A stretch of DNA of 64,000 nt. Source: a virus. Below, one piece after another: positions 41,092 through 52,557 of the stretch (positions are counted from its first letter, which is position 1; each line of letters starts with the position of its first letter). The translations under genes were made by a program, and so were the position numbers. The notes beneath the pieces are model-generated. The model made no database searches. It had not been told where the DNA came from and saw only the letters and a list, made by a program, of their open reading frames with translations. The DNA lies in IMG/VR virus record IMGVR_UViG_3300042898_004337, positions 5,607 to 69,606 of that record; one strand, given 5' to 3'.

Positions 41092-42557
41092 AGAGACATT
41101 AGTTTGTTGTAGTATTGAGATTTCAATAGCAAACTTCGACTGACTAATAGTGTATTGAGCTGATCAAAAGAAGTTTCTTTATCACTGATCATTTCAAATA
41201 TTTCTTCAATCGTATATCCTAGATTCATAATACGACCTATCCAGGTAGCGGCACTGAACTTACTACGTTGTTGTAGTCTAGGATCATTATATATCTTACG
41301 CACAAGGGCAGATGCTTCTGTAAAATTCATCTGATCACTTTCCCAGGGCTGATTGATTTTAATCGAGTATCCATACTTCTTAGGGTCTTGATCAATTTTG
41401 CTTGTACTTCTTCCGTCATGATCTGATCTGATGTACAATGGTAGAAATCCAAATACATCTAAAGAACATTCATTGCTTAACAAATAATCTAACGTCCTGT
41501 ATATACTATTTTCATCTTCACCAGGTAATCCTACAATAAAATTGCTACTGGTAATAATCTTACCCTTCCATAACTCTCCACAATAGGCTAGCGTCTCTTT
41601 AATACGCTTTTCTCCTAGACCTTTTCCTATTTTCTTTCCAGCGCGATCATTCATAGTTTCTATTCCGAATGCTAAACTAGCTGCCCCACTTTCTAATAGC
41701 ATTTCTCGCATCTCGGGAAACTTCCAAATCAAATCTAATCTTGCATAACTAGTGTATGAAATTTTAAAAGGTAAGTTGGTAAACACTCTATGGATCATTT
41801 CCATCTTAGGAAGACTTTCATTGATCAATTCGTCAGCAAACATATAGTGAGTTGTTCCAAAGAGTTCATAGTTTCTTATCAACTCTTCTTGCAAAACTTG
41901 TTCATCTTTTTGCCAATCGCCTACTTTTTTTCCTATTAGATCGAAGTGGCAAAATGCACATTGAAATATACAACCTCGAGCTATTTCTATAGGTAACGAT
42001 TCCCCTGTAAAAATAATATCCTGTGGCTGATATATAATGCTACTAGTAGCAAACTGCTCTTGAGTATAAAAATAATCACTGCCATCTATAACATAGCAAG
42101 GAGTAGTCTTTACAGTTTTTAAATCAGCGCCTGTAGATAGATGCTCTAGCAACTTTATTATAGCTACATCACCTTTGTTTATTACTACATAATCAACTCC
42201 CGACCAATATGAATTCAAGGTCATTCGTGCACCACCGAGACAAACTTTGACTTTTGAATTTTTAGATTTAGAGTACTTTACAATAGATACAAATTCTTCG
42301 GTGTCTCTTCCAAAATTTTTAACACTATTGTCTTCACGTTTTTCCATTAGTGTGCAGCTAAATCCAATTAGTAATGTCTCGTTAGTAACAAACTTATCAA
42401 CGATATTTGTTAATTGCTCATATGAATAAAAACTGAATAAGTCTATTACCTGACAAGAGTATCCTGAGTTTCTAATTTCAGTTGCTATTTTGTAAGTCCC
42501 GGCATATTTCCCGTAACCTATAGTATCTGCAACATCAGTGAATAATATTACTTCCAT
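41088..42557 (-). CDS. B12-binding radical SAM protein
   Basis: N-terminal Rossmann-like B12-binding region; GCIFQCAFC = CxxxCxxC; start of AT-rich island. Confidence 0.65.
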   Translation of the reverse strand: MEVILFTDVADTIGYGKYAGTYKIATEIRNSGYSCQVIDLFSFYSYEQLTNIVDKFVTNETLLIGFSCTLMEKREDNSVKNFGRDTEEFVSIVKYSKSKNSKVKVCLGGARMTLNSYWSGVDYVVINKGDVAIIKLLEHLSTGADLKTVKTTPCYVIDGSDYFYTQEQFATSSIIYQPQDIIFTGESLPIEIARGCIFQCAFCHFDLIGKKVGDWQKDEQVLQEELIRNYELFGTTHYMFADELINESLPKMEMIHRVFTNLPFKISYTSYARLDLIWKFPEMREMLLESGAASLAFGIETMNDRAGKKIGKGLGEKRIKETLAYCGELWKGKIITSSNFIVGLPGEDENSIYRTLDYLLSNECSLDVFGFLPLYIRSDHDGRSTSKIDQDPKKYGYSIKINQPWESDQMNFTEASALVRKIYNDPRLQQRSKFSAATWIGRIMNLGYTIEEIFEMISDKETSFDQLNTLLVSRSLLLKSQYYNKLMSL

Positions 42558-43153
42558 TTAATAGTAGTCCAGTCAAATGTAAAATTTGAATCTAATTTTT
42601 CGTAGATTACCCACTGAGGAGTATATTGAATTATTATCGGAAATTTAATTTCCTGTAAACCATTGTAAAAAATATGTTTGGGCAACCGACTGTTAATTCT
42701 TCCTGAGTTTTCTCCTAGCCGGTTACGCTTGAAAATTTGAATAATGTTTTTGTTATACTCATTAAACGATAATGCTATTATTTTTGCATTTCTATCTATT
42801 GCCCATTTTTTTTGTTCTGCTAAAAGATAGTCTCTATTCAATGTTAAATGGCGGTAATTTTTATTCACCCAAGTACGCACGCCTGCAATTACAATATCTT
42901 TACTAAATTCACTTATGTATACGCCGCTACATGCCACTATATTATTACCATCATAAAGGATATAGAAGTCACCGTTAACTCCATCAAACCGGTTAGTGTT
43001 TGTTAAAATATAAGATAGCGTATGACTGTTAGATTGCTGATCTTCTGTCCAAAGATTTATGCTTGCTAGCTGATCTATTTCAAGTGACTCTGTTTTTAAA
43101 AAAGTAAAAAATTCAGTATTGTCGATCAATTCTCTGTAACGTACAATTTTCAT
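42548..43153 (-). CDS. hypothetical protein (201 aa; possible acyltransferase-like)
   Basis: co-directional and overlapping with radical SAM gene. Confidence 0.4.
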   Translation of the reverse strand: MKIVRYRELIDNTEFFTFLKTESLEIDQLASINLWTEDQQSNSHTLSYILTNTNRFDGVNGDFYILYDGNNIVACSGVYISEFSKDIVIAGVRTWVNKNYRHLTLNRDYLLAEQKKWAIDRNAKIIALSFNEYNKNIIQIFKRNRLGENSGRINSRLPKHIFYNGLQEIKFPIIIQYTPQWVIYEKLDSNFTFDWTTIKWK

Positions 43154-43195
43154 AGGAATAAATTCAGTAGATAACTATACTTATGCTTCCTACAA

Positions 43196-44002
43196 GTGCA
43201 AGGAATATTTGTGTCCTTAAAATATTTAGTTCATAAATACAATATGTTTTCAGCAAGTGCAACCACAATTACCAAAGTTCAACTAGCCACAAGCCTATGT
43301 GCAATTATTGGATTGTTTTATTTTGATTTTACTTTTCAAAATATTCTAATAACAACTATAAGTTTTTATCTCTATAGTATTATAGGTGTAAGTCTTACGT
43401 TGCATAGGTACTATAGTCATAAATCTTTTGAATTTAACAGTAACCTGCTAAAATGGATCTGTACGTTGATTGCAATACTTACTGGTCGAGGAAGCCCCTT
43501 AGGTTGGGTATATGTGCATCGATTACATCATGCCTACTCAGATCAACATGAGGACCCGCATAGTCCTCATAACTTAGGATTTAAATTATTTGGATTTAAA
43601 CACATCGAAACTCATAGTGGTAAGATGAAAGTATTTTTAGTAAAAGAGCTAATGACCAAAGAACATCTCTTTATTAATAAATGGTATTTTGCTATAATAT
43701 TTACATGGTTGGTTTTTTTAAGTTTTATCAATATCGATTTAATTTATTTTACATGGGTATTACCTGTTATGTTAGTACAGCTAAGTCAAAACTGTTTTAA
43801 CTATTTTGCTCATATGCACGGACATAGAAACTTCGAAACTCGAGATACTAGTACTAATAACATCTGGTTATGGCCCTTTATACTCGGGGATGCCTGGCAT
43901 AATAATCATCATAAAAATCCTGGAAATTTTACCACTAAAATAAAATGGTGGGAAGTTGACTCATTAGGAAATTTTATTATTTTTATTAGAAAAAAATCAT
44001 GA
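43196..44002 (+). CDS. membrane fatty-acid desaturase (acyl-CoA/acyl-lipid delta9-type)
   Basis: His boxes HRYYSH, HRLHH, HNNHH in stearoyl-CoA desaturase-like arrangement; start may be ATG 43244. Confidence 0.6.
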   Translation: MQGIFVSLKYLVHKYNMFSASATTITKVQLATSLCAIIGLFYFDFTFQNILITTISFYLYSIIGVSLTLHRYYSHKSFEFNSNLLKWICTLIAILTGRGSPLGWVYVHRLHHAYSDQHEDPHSPHNLGFKLFGFKHIETHSGKMKVFLVKELMTKEHLFINKWYFAIIFTWLVFLSFINIDLIYFTWVLPVMLVQLSQNCFNYFAHMHGHRNFETRDTSTNNIWLWPFILGDAWHNNHHKNPGNFTTKIKWWEVDSLGNFIIFIRKKS

Positions 44003-44119
44003 TAGCACTAAACAATTTCATAGGGTATCAAATAAAGGTCGGCGCAAAGTCAGATATTTGCTATCATTCGGGTCAACTACAGAATCTTATAAATCGATAA
44101 AAAGTAAGTTTAATAATTA

Positions 44120-44713
44120 ATGATATTAGTTTGTCCGTTAGATATACCTAAAATTGTACCCAATGATTGGAATGAATGGTGGAGTACCTGGAAGACTGCT
44201 GATGTTATGCATAAAGCTATTAGGAACCACAACACCGTTTCGTCAAACTGGCGAGGCTTAGACTTATACAAAATTCGTGGCCATCCTACCAGTTATCAAG
44301 CACCATATGCTGAACAGAATCCAGTAGTGATAGACTTATGCAAACAAATTCAAGATTCAGTTAAATTTAAAATTGGACTTATCAGAGTGATAGAAAATTT
44401 AGAAACGATATCCCCCCATTCTGATAACACAAGAAATACCCCTAGTATACGAACATTCCTCTGGAACACTTATCAAGAACCTGTATGGAATTTTACAAAT
44501 GAAACTAGTTCCTATACCTTAACGATGCCAAATGATACTAACAGTTTTTATTATCTAGACGGCCCAGTAAAACATTCTTCCAAATATGATCCTAATTGTA
44601 GCAAGGGTCTATTAGCGGTATACGGAGAACCAAACAATGACTTCGAACATTTGATTAACCGTAGCTATTTAAAATATTACAATTATGCCTGGAGTACGCT
44701 ACAACAAGATTAA
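44120..44713 (+). CDS. hypothetical protein (197 aa)
   Basis: ORF track. Confidence 0.4.
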   Translation: MILVCPLDIPKIVPNDWNEWWSTWKTADVMHKAIRNHNTVSSNWRGLDLYKIRGHPTSYQAPYAEQNPVVIDLCKQIQDSVKFKIGLIRVIENLETISPHSDNTRNTPSIRTFLWNTYQEPVWNFTNETSSYTLTMPNDTNSFYYLDGPVKHSSKYDPNCSKGLLAVYGEPNNDFEHLINRSYLKYYNYAWSTLQQD

Positions 44714-44743
44714 ATAACTTAAAATAATAAGTTACATAACTTT

Positions 44744-45517
44744 ATGACAACATATCTATCATCTAGCACACGCGGTTCCCAACTATTCATGATTTTATCA
44801 TTACTAGGTACCATTTCTGGAATAACTTGGTATGGTCTAACGACTAACGCTGTATTGCTTATATTGTTAGGATATTTTTTATACGGTTGTTTGGGTATTG
44901 TCGTCACATACCATAGAAGCCTTACTCATAATAGCTATACTACATATCCTTTATTAACTAAAATTTTATCAGTGATGGGCTGTTTTGCAGGAACAGGAAG
45001 TCCATTAGCATGGGTCGCTATTCATATTAATCATCACTTAAAAAGTGACAAACCAAGTGATCCTCACAGTCCATTATATAAAGGCTTGAAAATCTTTACA
45101 CTTGATTACGTAAATGAAATTGATAGTAATACTAAATGGCGTATGAGAAATATAGTAACGGATAAATTTCAACAGTTTTTACACCGTTATTATTTTGCAA
45201 TTATTGCTGTGTATAGCATGATATTGTTTATGATTGGTGGATTTTATTTAATGATATTTTTACTTTGGGCACCGTCGCTGATTACTGGAATTATGAGTAA
45301 TGTAGTTAATTACGTAGGTCATAAACCTGATTGGTTAGGTGGATATCGTAGTTATAATATAAACGATCAAAGCACAAACAACTGGATATGGGCTATTCCT
45401 AGTTGGGGGGAATCGTGGCACAATAATCATCATCGATACCCTAAAGACTATATGTTCAAAAAGAAATGGTGGGAACTTGATATTGCTGGACTAATTATTA
45501 AGGTAATCAAAACATGA
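44744..45517 (+). CDS. membrane fatty-acid desaturase (second paralogue)
   Basis: His boxes HRSLTH, HINHH, HNNHH. Confidence 0.6.
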   Translation: MTTYLSSSTRGSQLFMILSLLGTISGITWYGLTTNAVLLILLGYFLYGCLGIVVTYHRSLTHNSYTTYPLLTKILSVMGCFAGTGSPLAWVAIHINHHLKSDKPSDPHSPLYKGLKIFTLDYVNEIDSNTKWRMRNIVTDKFQQFLHRYYFAIIAVYSMILFMIGGFYLMIFLLWAPSLITGIMSNVVNYVGHKPDWLGGYRSYNINDQSTNNWIWAIPSWGESWHNNHHRYPKDYMFKKKWWELDIAGLIIKVIKT

Positions 45518-46992
45518 ATTGTATTTTATTATACGGTAGTACCCCAATGCCACTACAAAAGCACGGCGGCGTATTTAGAATATCATCCGAACTGAGAAAG
45601 AATAATTATTCTACTGTGTGCATTGATCTAAGTGCATTTGAATATGTGAATAAACTAGAACAGCTAAAAGAAGTCTTAAAAAATTCAATATCATCAAGCA
45701 CATTGTGGGTAGGATTTAGTACTACATTTTTTGATAAACTTCTTGGATTAACGTTTAAATCTACTACAAACGATGAACTGTTTGTTAACTTTATACAATT
45801 TATCAAGAATTTAAATCCCAAAGTTAAAATAATATCAGGTGGGTCTAGATATTTTCCATTAGAACAATATGGAGTAAAGATATTCAAGAGCTATAGTGAC
45901 AAAGAAATTATAGAATTCACTGAATGGTGTTTGACAAACAAATCATCTAATATTTCTTTTCGTACTACATTAATTCAAGGTAGTGAATTTAAAGATTTTT
46001 CATCAAGTCAAATAACGTACACTAAAAATGATCTGATTAGTAATTTAGATGCATTGCCAATTGAGATAAGCAGAGGTTGCATTTTTAAATGTAAGTTTTG
46101 TGCATTCCCATTAAACGGAAAAACAAAAGGTGAGTGGATAAAACACGGAAATGTTTTATTAGATGAGTTAAATTATAATTATGAAAATTTTGGAATAACT
46201 TATTATACTTTTAGTGATGATACCTATAATGATAGTTTAGACAAGTTAAAATATTTACATGATAACGTATTTTCTAAACTTAAATTTAAAATTCATTTTT
46301 CTAGTTATTTGAGGATTGACTTACTAATGCGATTTCCAGAGTCTATCCCGTACTTAAAAGAGTCCGGGCTCACATCGGCAATGTTTGGTATTGAAAGTAT
46401 TAATCACCAATCTGCTAAATCTATTGGTAAAGGTTTAAATCCCTACGATCAATTAGAATTTATAAAAGAATTAAAACAAAATGAATTCAAAGACGTAATA
46501 TTAAATTCAGGATTTATATTAGGATTACCACATGATACGCTTGATACTTTTACCGAACTTGAAGAATTTTTATTCTCAGACAAAAATTATTTAGATAGCT
46601 GGTATGTAAATCCCTTAGGTATTTCTCCTCTTAGTAAAACTAATAAAAACTTCCACTCTGAATTTGATATTAATCATGATAAGTATGGTTATGAAATTAC
46701 AGATGAAGGATGGTATAATAAAAATACAGGGTTAAGTTACTCACAGTGCTTTGATATTGCTCACAATATAACAGAAAAATCTAACAAGTTTTCAAAATTT
46801 AAATTCGGTGGATTTACTTATAATTACCTAAGACGATTCGGAATTCCAGATAAGGAATTATTGAATTTATCCAGAAAAGAAATAATATCTAAATATAATA
46901 TTCCCTCGTTGATTAAGAAAGAATGCGAAATATACGTAAATGATATGTTAGAACTATCAAAGACTTTTAACTTACAACACAAATCAGATTAG
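45514..46992 (+). CDS. B12-binding radical SAM protein (second paralogue)
   Basis: GCIFKCKFC CxxxCxxC; architecture parallels 41088-42557. Confidence 0.65.
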   Translation: MNCILLYGSTPMPLQKHGGVFRISSELRKNNYSTVCIDLSAFEYVNKLEQLKEVLKNSISSSTLWVGFSTTFFDKLLGLTFKSTTNDELFVNFIQFIKNLNPKVKIISGGSRYFPLEQYGVKIFKSYSDKEIIEFTEWCLTNKSSNISFRTTLIQGSEFKDFSSSQITYTKNDLISNLDALPIEISRGCIFKCKFCAFPLNGKTKGEWIKHGNVLLDELNYNYENFGITYYTFSDDTYNDSLDKLKYLHDNVFSKLKFKIHFSSYLRIDLLMRFPESIPYLKESGLTSAMFGIESINHQSAKSIGKGLNPYDQLEFIKELKQNEFKDVILNSGFILGLPHDTLDTFTELEEFLFSDKNYLDSWYVNPLGISPLSKTNKNFHSEFDINHDKYGYEITDEGWYNKNTGLSYSQCFDIAHNITEKSNKFSKFKFGGFTYNYLRRFGIPDKELLNLSRKEIISKYNIPSLIKKECEIYVNDMLELSKTFNLQHKSD

Positions 46993-47000
46993 AATATTCA

Positions 47001-47918
47001 ATGCAAAGATTTAATAACTGGATGAGTTATAATTTTGACGGTATTGAATACGGTGTTAAAAAAGATAAACATAGTATTATATCTATAAATTTTAACAACA
47101 AGATCAGTACTCCGTTAACTTCTTATAAAGACGCACTCATTAATAATGCACGTATCATGCGAGATTCTTATAAAGAACCGTTTGACGTATGCCTTAGTGG
47201 AGGTACAGACAGTGAAATAGTTGTCAGAACATTTAAGAGTGCTGGTATTAAACATAATACTTTTATCTTTAGATTAGAAAATAACTACAATATTCGCGAC
47301 GTAAACAATGCTGTAAAATTATGCAACGAACTAAACATACCTTACAATATCGTCGATTTTAACGTAGAAAAATTCTTTAAAGAAGAAGCATTGGAATTGT
47401 TTAATAGTACACTGATACCAATGGCAGGGAGACTGCCTAGACTTAAATTTATTGACTACTTAGACAACATACCTATCTTCTGCGACGGCGAACCTTACTG
47501 GCGTCGTGAATTAGAAAATGATTACAGTAAAAAGTCTCGTTGGCTATTTCAATTACACGAGGATGGATATTCTGTATCTACCTACGCTAAAAATATAGGG
47601 AGAACTATTATAGGTGATTGGTACGAATATACTCCTGAAATAATTATGTCTTATAAAGAACTTCCATTAGTTAGGCAACTACTAAATGATGAGCACTTGG
47701 GCAAGATTAGTAATATCAGCAGTAGAGTTGCTATACACAAATACATTTGGCCTACAATGGAATATAAACCTAAACTAGTAGGATACGAGGGATTAGATAA
47801 TCCTGTAGCTCATAGACCTCAATTTATTAATGATTTTTATAACAAATATATGAGAGACATCGACGATACTACAATTAAATATTCTGAAGAAGAATTAAAC
47901 CGTTTGTTATTACAATAA
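47001..47918 (+). CDS. PP-loop ATP pyrophosphatase (asparagine synthetase C-domain/QueC-like)
   Basis: DVCLSGGTDSEIV = SGGxDS PP-loop. Confidence 0.55.
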   Translation: MQRFNNWMSYNFDGIEYGVKKDKHSIISINFNNKISTPLTSYKDALINNARIMRDSYKEPFDVCLSGGTDSEIVVRTFKSAGIKHNTFIFRLENNYNIRDVNNAVKLCNELNIPYNIVDFNVEKFFKEEALELFNSTLIPMAGRLPRLKFIDYLDNIPIFCDGEPYWRRELENDYSKKSRWLFQLHEDGYSVSTYAKNIGRTIIGDWYEYTPEIIMSYKELPLVRQLLNDEHLGKISNISSRVAIHKYIWPTMEYKPKLVGYEGLDNPVAHRPQFINDFYNKYMRDIDDTTIKYSEEELNRLLLQ

Positions 47919-47941
47919 ATATTTGTAGAAAAAGAAAATAC

Positions 47942-48784
47942 ATGTTCAACAATCCACCAAAAATTTTAGCCCATACATCTGCCCTCGATGCTGGCAATTT
48001 TGTTGTACCAGATTATATCCTTAATAAAAATCAAGATAAAATAAATCTTTTTCGACGCCATTGCCCCCATCGTATGTATCCGCTAGCAGAGCCGGGTTCA
48101 ATAGTTGAAAATATAGTATGCAAGTTTCATGGATTTGAATGGAATAAGGACGGAGATCCTATAAACAACGATCGAAAAATTGCATGTGGATCTGCACAAA
48201 CTGGAAAAAGTGGATTAATATTTAAAAACTTTTTAGAACCAGATCACCAATGGGTCAACGATCTTGCAACAGAGACTAATCTAGAATATAGCCATTCTAG
48301 ACACGGAACAAGTGAAAAGGGTAGTTGGCTTTGGATGATGGAAATACAGGCAGACCTACTACATATTAGACAAGGTGAAGATGTAGTACATCCTGAATTA
48401 GCAGAAATTACAAATTTAAATGATATTGAAATGTATGACGGTGACGGATGGATTTTGCAAACCTGTTCAACAGGCTGGTGGTTATTTGTTTATCCATATA
48501 CGTTTATAGAATGGAGCCCGGGGTGTGTAGCATTAAATTATACTACCCCGCACAATACAGAAAGTGAATTTGGTTTTAATTGGATCACACAATATTATTT
48601 CGATAAAACTACCAATGTAGGACAAAGAGAAAAATTTGAACACTATATAGAACCTGTTTTTCGAGAAGATGTTGCTGCGATTGAATCTCAGAAAGGACCG
48701 CACTATCCGCTCACACGATCTTCTAATAGACTAGAGGATCATTGTGTGCATTATGGCAACTGGTTAGGCTCTAATTTAAACTAA
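47942..48784 (+). CDS. Rieske [2Fe-2S] domain protein (non-heme iron oxygenase-like)
   Basis: CPHRM...(17 aa)...CKFHGF = CxH...CxxH Rieske motif. Confidence 0.6.
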   Translation: MFNNPPKILAHTSALDAGNFVVPDYILNKNQDKINLFRRHCPHRMYPLAEPGSIVENIVCKFHGFEWNKDGDPINNDRKIACGSAQTGKSGLIFKNFLEPDHQWVNDLATETNLEYSHSRHGTSEKGSWLWMMEIQADLLHIRQGEDVVHPELAEITNLNDIEMYDGDGWILQTCSTGWWLFVYPYTFIEWSPGCVALNYTTPHNTESEFGFNWITQYYFDKTTNVGQREKFEHYIEPVFREDVAAIESQKGPHYPLTRSSNRLEDHCVHYGNWLGSNLN

Positions 48785-50038
48785 ATGACTAATACTACAA
48801 TTACTGATCTATCACTTAACTCTTTTGGATGCTATAGAGTATATAACAAAAGTAATCATAATTTTTACAAAGATTACTTAAACAAAGTAGAGGCATTACT
48901 CGAAGCTACTCGATTAAAAAAATTAAACACTAATGTAGGTATTGCATTTCGATATTATTCAGACATATGGAAAAACTTCAACTATTCGTTGTGTGGACAA
49001 ATTCCGTTGAATGTTTTATATAAAGATCGTGCAATGCAATTAAGAGACAAGTATGAATATTTAATTTTAAAATATTCAGGCGGTTCAGACAGTCACAATG
49101 TATTGATGACTTTTTTAAAGAACAATATAAAATTAGATGCAATATATGTTAATTGGCCAGTTTCTGCTAAATCAAAAAATCTATACACCCCTAACAATTT
49201 AAATTTCAGTCCTAAGAACGAATTAAGTGAATGGGACTATGTAATAAAACCCGACTTAGATTGGATTTCAAAAAATTATCCAGACATAAAAATCTATGTC
49301 GACGACTGGCTTGAAAATATTACAACAGAAAAAAGAATTGATGATACACAGTTTCAAAAACAAAATCACTATTTAAGCCCTATAAGTTTTTATAGAATGC
49401 AGCATTTTTCTAAATTTGAAAAAACTCTATTCGACAAAGGTGTAAATGTTGGCATTATCGAAGGAGCAGATAAACCCAACTTGTATATTTCTGAATTAGA
49501 ACCTAATAAAGTAGTTTCGAGATTTGTTGATTGGCCTCTGCAACACAACTTGACTTTTGGCGGTACCGGTACTGAGTATTTTTATATAACACCAGACTAC
49601 CCATTACTAGCTGTGGAAATGGCATATCAAGTTTATCTCCATTATAAAACTAATAAAGAAGATAGAATGCTATTGTATCCTCTTTCAAAGTTTAATAATC
49701 TATCAAAAGAAAAAACACTGATGCTGCTAAATCAAACTCCGCAGTACTTAAAAGACGAAATATGTAAAAAAGTTCTGTATCCATTTTGGAATACTAATCG
49801 ATTTCAAATAAAAAAAGATATCGAAATACTAACTCAGGTAAAAGTTGGAAAACCGCAAGATTGGGTATTCTGGGACCATCATGAAACTAAACCAATACAG
49901 GACAAATGGAATTATTATGTAAAGAGTTACCTAAATGGGATAGATGGAGAATATTTAGCTTTCGACAAGAATAATGCTGCTGTTAATTTTAAACCAACAC
50001 ATTCATTTCCCTTTGGTGGGGACTGGCTATTAGACTAA
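48785..50038 (+). CDS. PP-loop ATP pyrophosphatase family protein
   Basis: LKYSGGSDSHNVL PP-loop. Confidence 0.5.
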   Translation: MTNTTITDLSLNSFGCYRVYNKSNHNFYKDYLNKVEALLEATRLKKLNTNVGIAFRYYSDIWKNFNYSLCGQIPLNVLYKDRAMQLRDKYEYLILKYSGGSDSHNVLMTFLKNNIKLDAIYVNWPVSAKSKNLYTPNNLNFSPKNELSEWDYVIKPDLDWISKNYPDIKIYVDDWLENITTEKRIDDTQFQKQNHYLSPISFYRMQHFSKFEKTLFDKGVNVGIIEGADKPNLYISELEPNKVVSRFVDWPLQHNLTFGGTGTEYFYITPDYPLLAVEMAYQVYLHYKTNKEDRMLLYPLSKFNNLSKEKTLMLLNQTPQYLKDEICKKVLYPFWNTNRFQIKKDIEILTQVKVGKPQDWVFWDHHETKPIQDKWNYYVKSYLNGIDGEYLAFDKNNAAVNFKPTHSFPFGGDWLLD

Positions 50039-50046
50039 ACAAGATT

Positions 50047-50958
50047 ATGAAGAAAATATTACTACTTGCTATAATGCTGTTTCACTCAGTCCTTTATGCA
50101 ACCACAATAGAAATTGTAGCTCCGTTTGGACCTGGCGGTCCGGGTAGTTTAATTGCTAGGTCAGTTCAAGAAACGTTTAATGATCCTGCTTACGTTGTGG
50201 TACACAAGCCAGGCGGATCATCGCAGATTGCACTTAGGCACGTTCATAAAGAAAATGCCGTTATGGTATTTGCATCCATTATGTCTTTTGTGTCAATTGA
50301 CAAAATGAACCCCGATGTTAAAAAAATTGTAACCGAAGACCTAGAAATTATTGCATCGATCGGAGTAATGCCTATGGTATTGTTTTGCAATGCCGAAACA
50401 GGAATAAAGAATTTCACAGATCTACAGAATAATAAAAAATCTCTAAGCTTCGGTTCAGTTGGAGTCGGAACCGGTGATCATTATACTACTCAATTGATTA
50501 TAAATAAACTTCCAAAAAACAATCATATAATTGTTCAATATCCAGCTGGAGGAGGGAAACCGTTATTTGACTTACTAGGTAATCAAATTAACTGTATGTG
50601 GGTCCAGTATGCAGTTCATAGACAGCACCTTACTAATCCTAGGCTTAATGCAATAATAGTCACTAACCCTATAAGTGAAAACGTTCCTCTATGGGATACA
50701 CAGTTCAAAGAAAAATTTCCTCTATCAAATATAATGGGACTTGTAATTAGCAAAAGTCTATCAGCTGAAATTAAAGAGAAAATTTTGTTTGATATAAGAA
50801 ATAAGTTCGATGCTTCTTTTGAAAAAAGAATCAAAGGATTGGGTATAACGCCTTATCTCAAATACGGTAACGATACACAAATTATTCAAGAATTTAATAA
50901 AAGTACTTTAGAATATCTCATAAAGAACAATCTGATTGATGAAGGAAAGATTAAATAA
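50047..50958 (+). CDS. TctC/Bug-family periplasmic solute-binding protein
   Basis: signal peptide; IVAPFGPGGPGSLIAR, HKPGGSSQIA, GSVGVGTGDHYT match Bug/TctC family blocks. Confidence 0.55.
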   Translation: MKKILLLAIMLFHSVLYATTIEIVAPFGPGGPGSLIARSVQETFNDPAYVVVHKPGGSSQIALRHVHKENAVMVFASIMSFVSIDKMNPDVKKIVTEDLEIIASIGVMPMVLFCNAETGIKNFTDLQNNKKSLSFGSVGVGTGDHYTTQLIINKLPKNNHIIVQYPAGGGKPLFDLLGNQINCMWVQYAVHRQHLTNPRLNAIIVTNPISENVPLWDTQFKEKFPLSNIMGLVISKSLSAEIKEKILFDIRNKFDASFEKRIKGLGITPYLKYGNDTQIIQEFNKSTLEYLIKNNLIDEGKIK

Positions 50959-51868
50959 TTGATAATAGAGATCTAGCGTCTTCCGGAGTTGCAACATTTC
51001 CTCCTAGCAACTCGATAATATTAACAGCCATTTCAACTAGCTCTGCATTTGATTCAGCTAATCTTCCTCTTTTTGTATAGATATTATCTTCTAATCCCAC
51101 TCTTACATGCCCACCTAATATAGAAGTTTGAGCCAATATAGGCATTTCAGTTTTTCCTATTCCGAATGCACTCCATACTGCGCTCGAAGGCAACTCTCGT
51201 TGTGCATACATCAATGTATTAGTTGATGCAGCCCAACCATATTTGATCCCCATAGCAAATTGCCAAAATGGGTTTTTTTCAATTATTCCTTCTTGATAAA
51301 ATTCGTTGGCCAACACTAAATCACCACTGTCAAATAATTCTAGCTCAGGTTTTACGCCTGCATCTTGAATCAGTTTAATCATTTCTTTTATAATTAGTTT
51401 ATGATTGATTCTAACACCGTTGCTAGATTGATTCATTGTATTAAAGTCTATACTACATAAATCGGGACGTAATTTTACAACATGATTCACTCTCTCAGCG
51501 GCTCCGAGCAATAGGCTATGATGACTTCCTTGCGCTAAATTACCAGGAGTAGGAAACCATTGAGCACCAGGTCCCGTTGTTAAATTTATTAAAACTTTGT
51601 CATTTTTTTCTTTAATTAAACAAACAACTTCTTCATATAATTTAAAACTCATGCTAGGATTGCCTGTCTCAGGATCTCTTACATGTAAATGGACAATAGC
51701 AGCACCGGCTGATGCTGCCCCTAACGCCGAGGTGGCAATTTCTACAGGAGTAATTGGCAGATAAGGAGTTTGATCTTTTCTAGTCGACGCTCCGGTTATT
51801 GCACATGTTATTATAGTTTTCAAATGGTCATTCCTCCGTCCAATACAATAGTATTTCCAGTCATCCAT
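50951..51868 (-). CDS. beta-keto acid cleavage enzyme (BKACE/DUF849, 3-keto-5-aminohexanoate cleavage enzyme-like)
   Basis: N-terminal IITCAITGA and TIM-barrel-like length about 300 aa. Confidence 0.5.
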   Translation of the reverse strand: MDDWKYYCIGRRNDHLKTIITCAITGASTRKDQTPYLPITPVEIATSALGAASAGAAIVHLHVRDPETGNPSMSFKLYEEVVCLIKEKNDKVLINLTTGPGAQWFPTPGNLAQGSHHSLLLGAAERVNHVVKLRPDLCSIDFNTMNQSSNGVRINHKLIIKEMIKLIQDAGVKPELELFDSGDLVLANEFYQEGIIEKNPFWQFAMGIKYGWAASTNTLMYAQRELPSSAVWSAFGIGKTEMPILAQTSILGGHVRVGLEDNIYTKRGRLAESNAELVEMAVNIIELLGGNVATPEDARSLLSII

Positions 51869-52557
51869 GTCATCTTGGTAATAATACTTTCTATCACATC
51901 AACTACATCTTTTCCTGTGCCAATTCGTCTTAAGGGTAACGACTGTGCTATTTTGTCATTATATTCACTGGGTTTATTAGCGCCTGCTACAGCCTTTTCT
52001 AAGTAGCCGGGCGCAATTCCAACAACCCTAATACTCGGAGAAAGGTGTAATGCTAATGTTTGGGTCAGTATGTTAATACCTGATTTCGAAGCAGCATAAA
52101 TCGGGTTACTTCGACTTGCCCGTAAACTTGATGTCGATGACACATTAATAATTAGCGGACTACTTGAGTTATCTAAAAGTTCTTTACATTCTCTTATTAA
52201 TTTAAAAGATCCTTTTAGATTTGTATCAATAATATTATCTAGTATTTCATCTGTAATCGATTCAATATTTCCTAGTTTAATATCATGTGTAACACCTGCA
52301 CTGTTGATCAATACATCTATTCTTCCATATTCTTTACTAATATGCTGTACAACATCTTTTATCATAGTTGTATTTTTAATATCGCACTGAACTGCTATGC
52401 AGTTTATTGAAATATTTTTTAAAATATTAGTTGCTTCAGTAGGGTCCTGTCTAGTTAAACAAATAACAATAGCACCTAAATTTGATAATCTAGATGCTGC
52501 TTCTAATCCTATTTGTCCCATTCCGCCAGCAATCAAAACAATTTTATTTTTTAACAT
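51820..52557 (-). CDS. short-chain dehydrogenase/reductase (SDR)
   Basis: IAGGMGQIG glycine-rich NAD(P) loop; YAASKSG = YxxxK active site. Confidence 0.65.
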   Translation of the reverse strand: MLKNKIVLIAGGMGQIGLEAASRLSNLGAIVICLTRQDPTEATNILKNISINCIAVQCDIKNTTMIKDVVQHISKEYGRIDVLINSAGVTHDIKLGNIESITDEILDNIIDTNLKGSFKLIRECKELLDNSSSPLIINVSSTSSLRASRSNPIYAASKSGINILTQTLALHLSPSIRVVGIAPGYLEKAVAGANKPSEYNDKIAQSLPLRRIGTGKDVVDVIESIITKMTWMTGNTIVLDGGMTI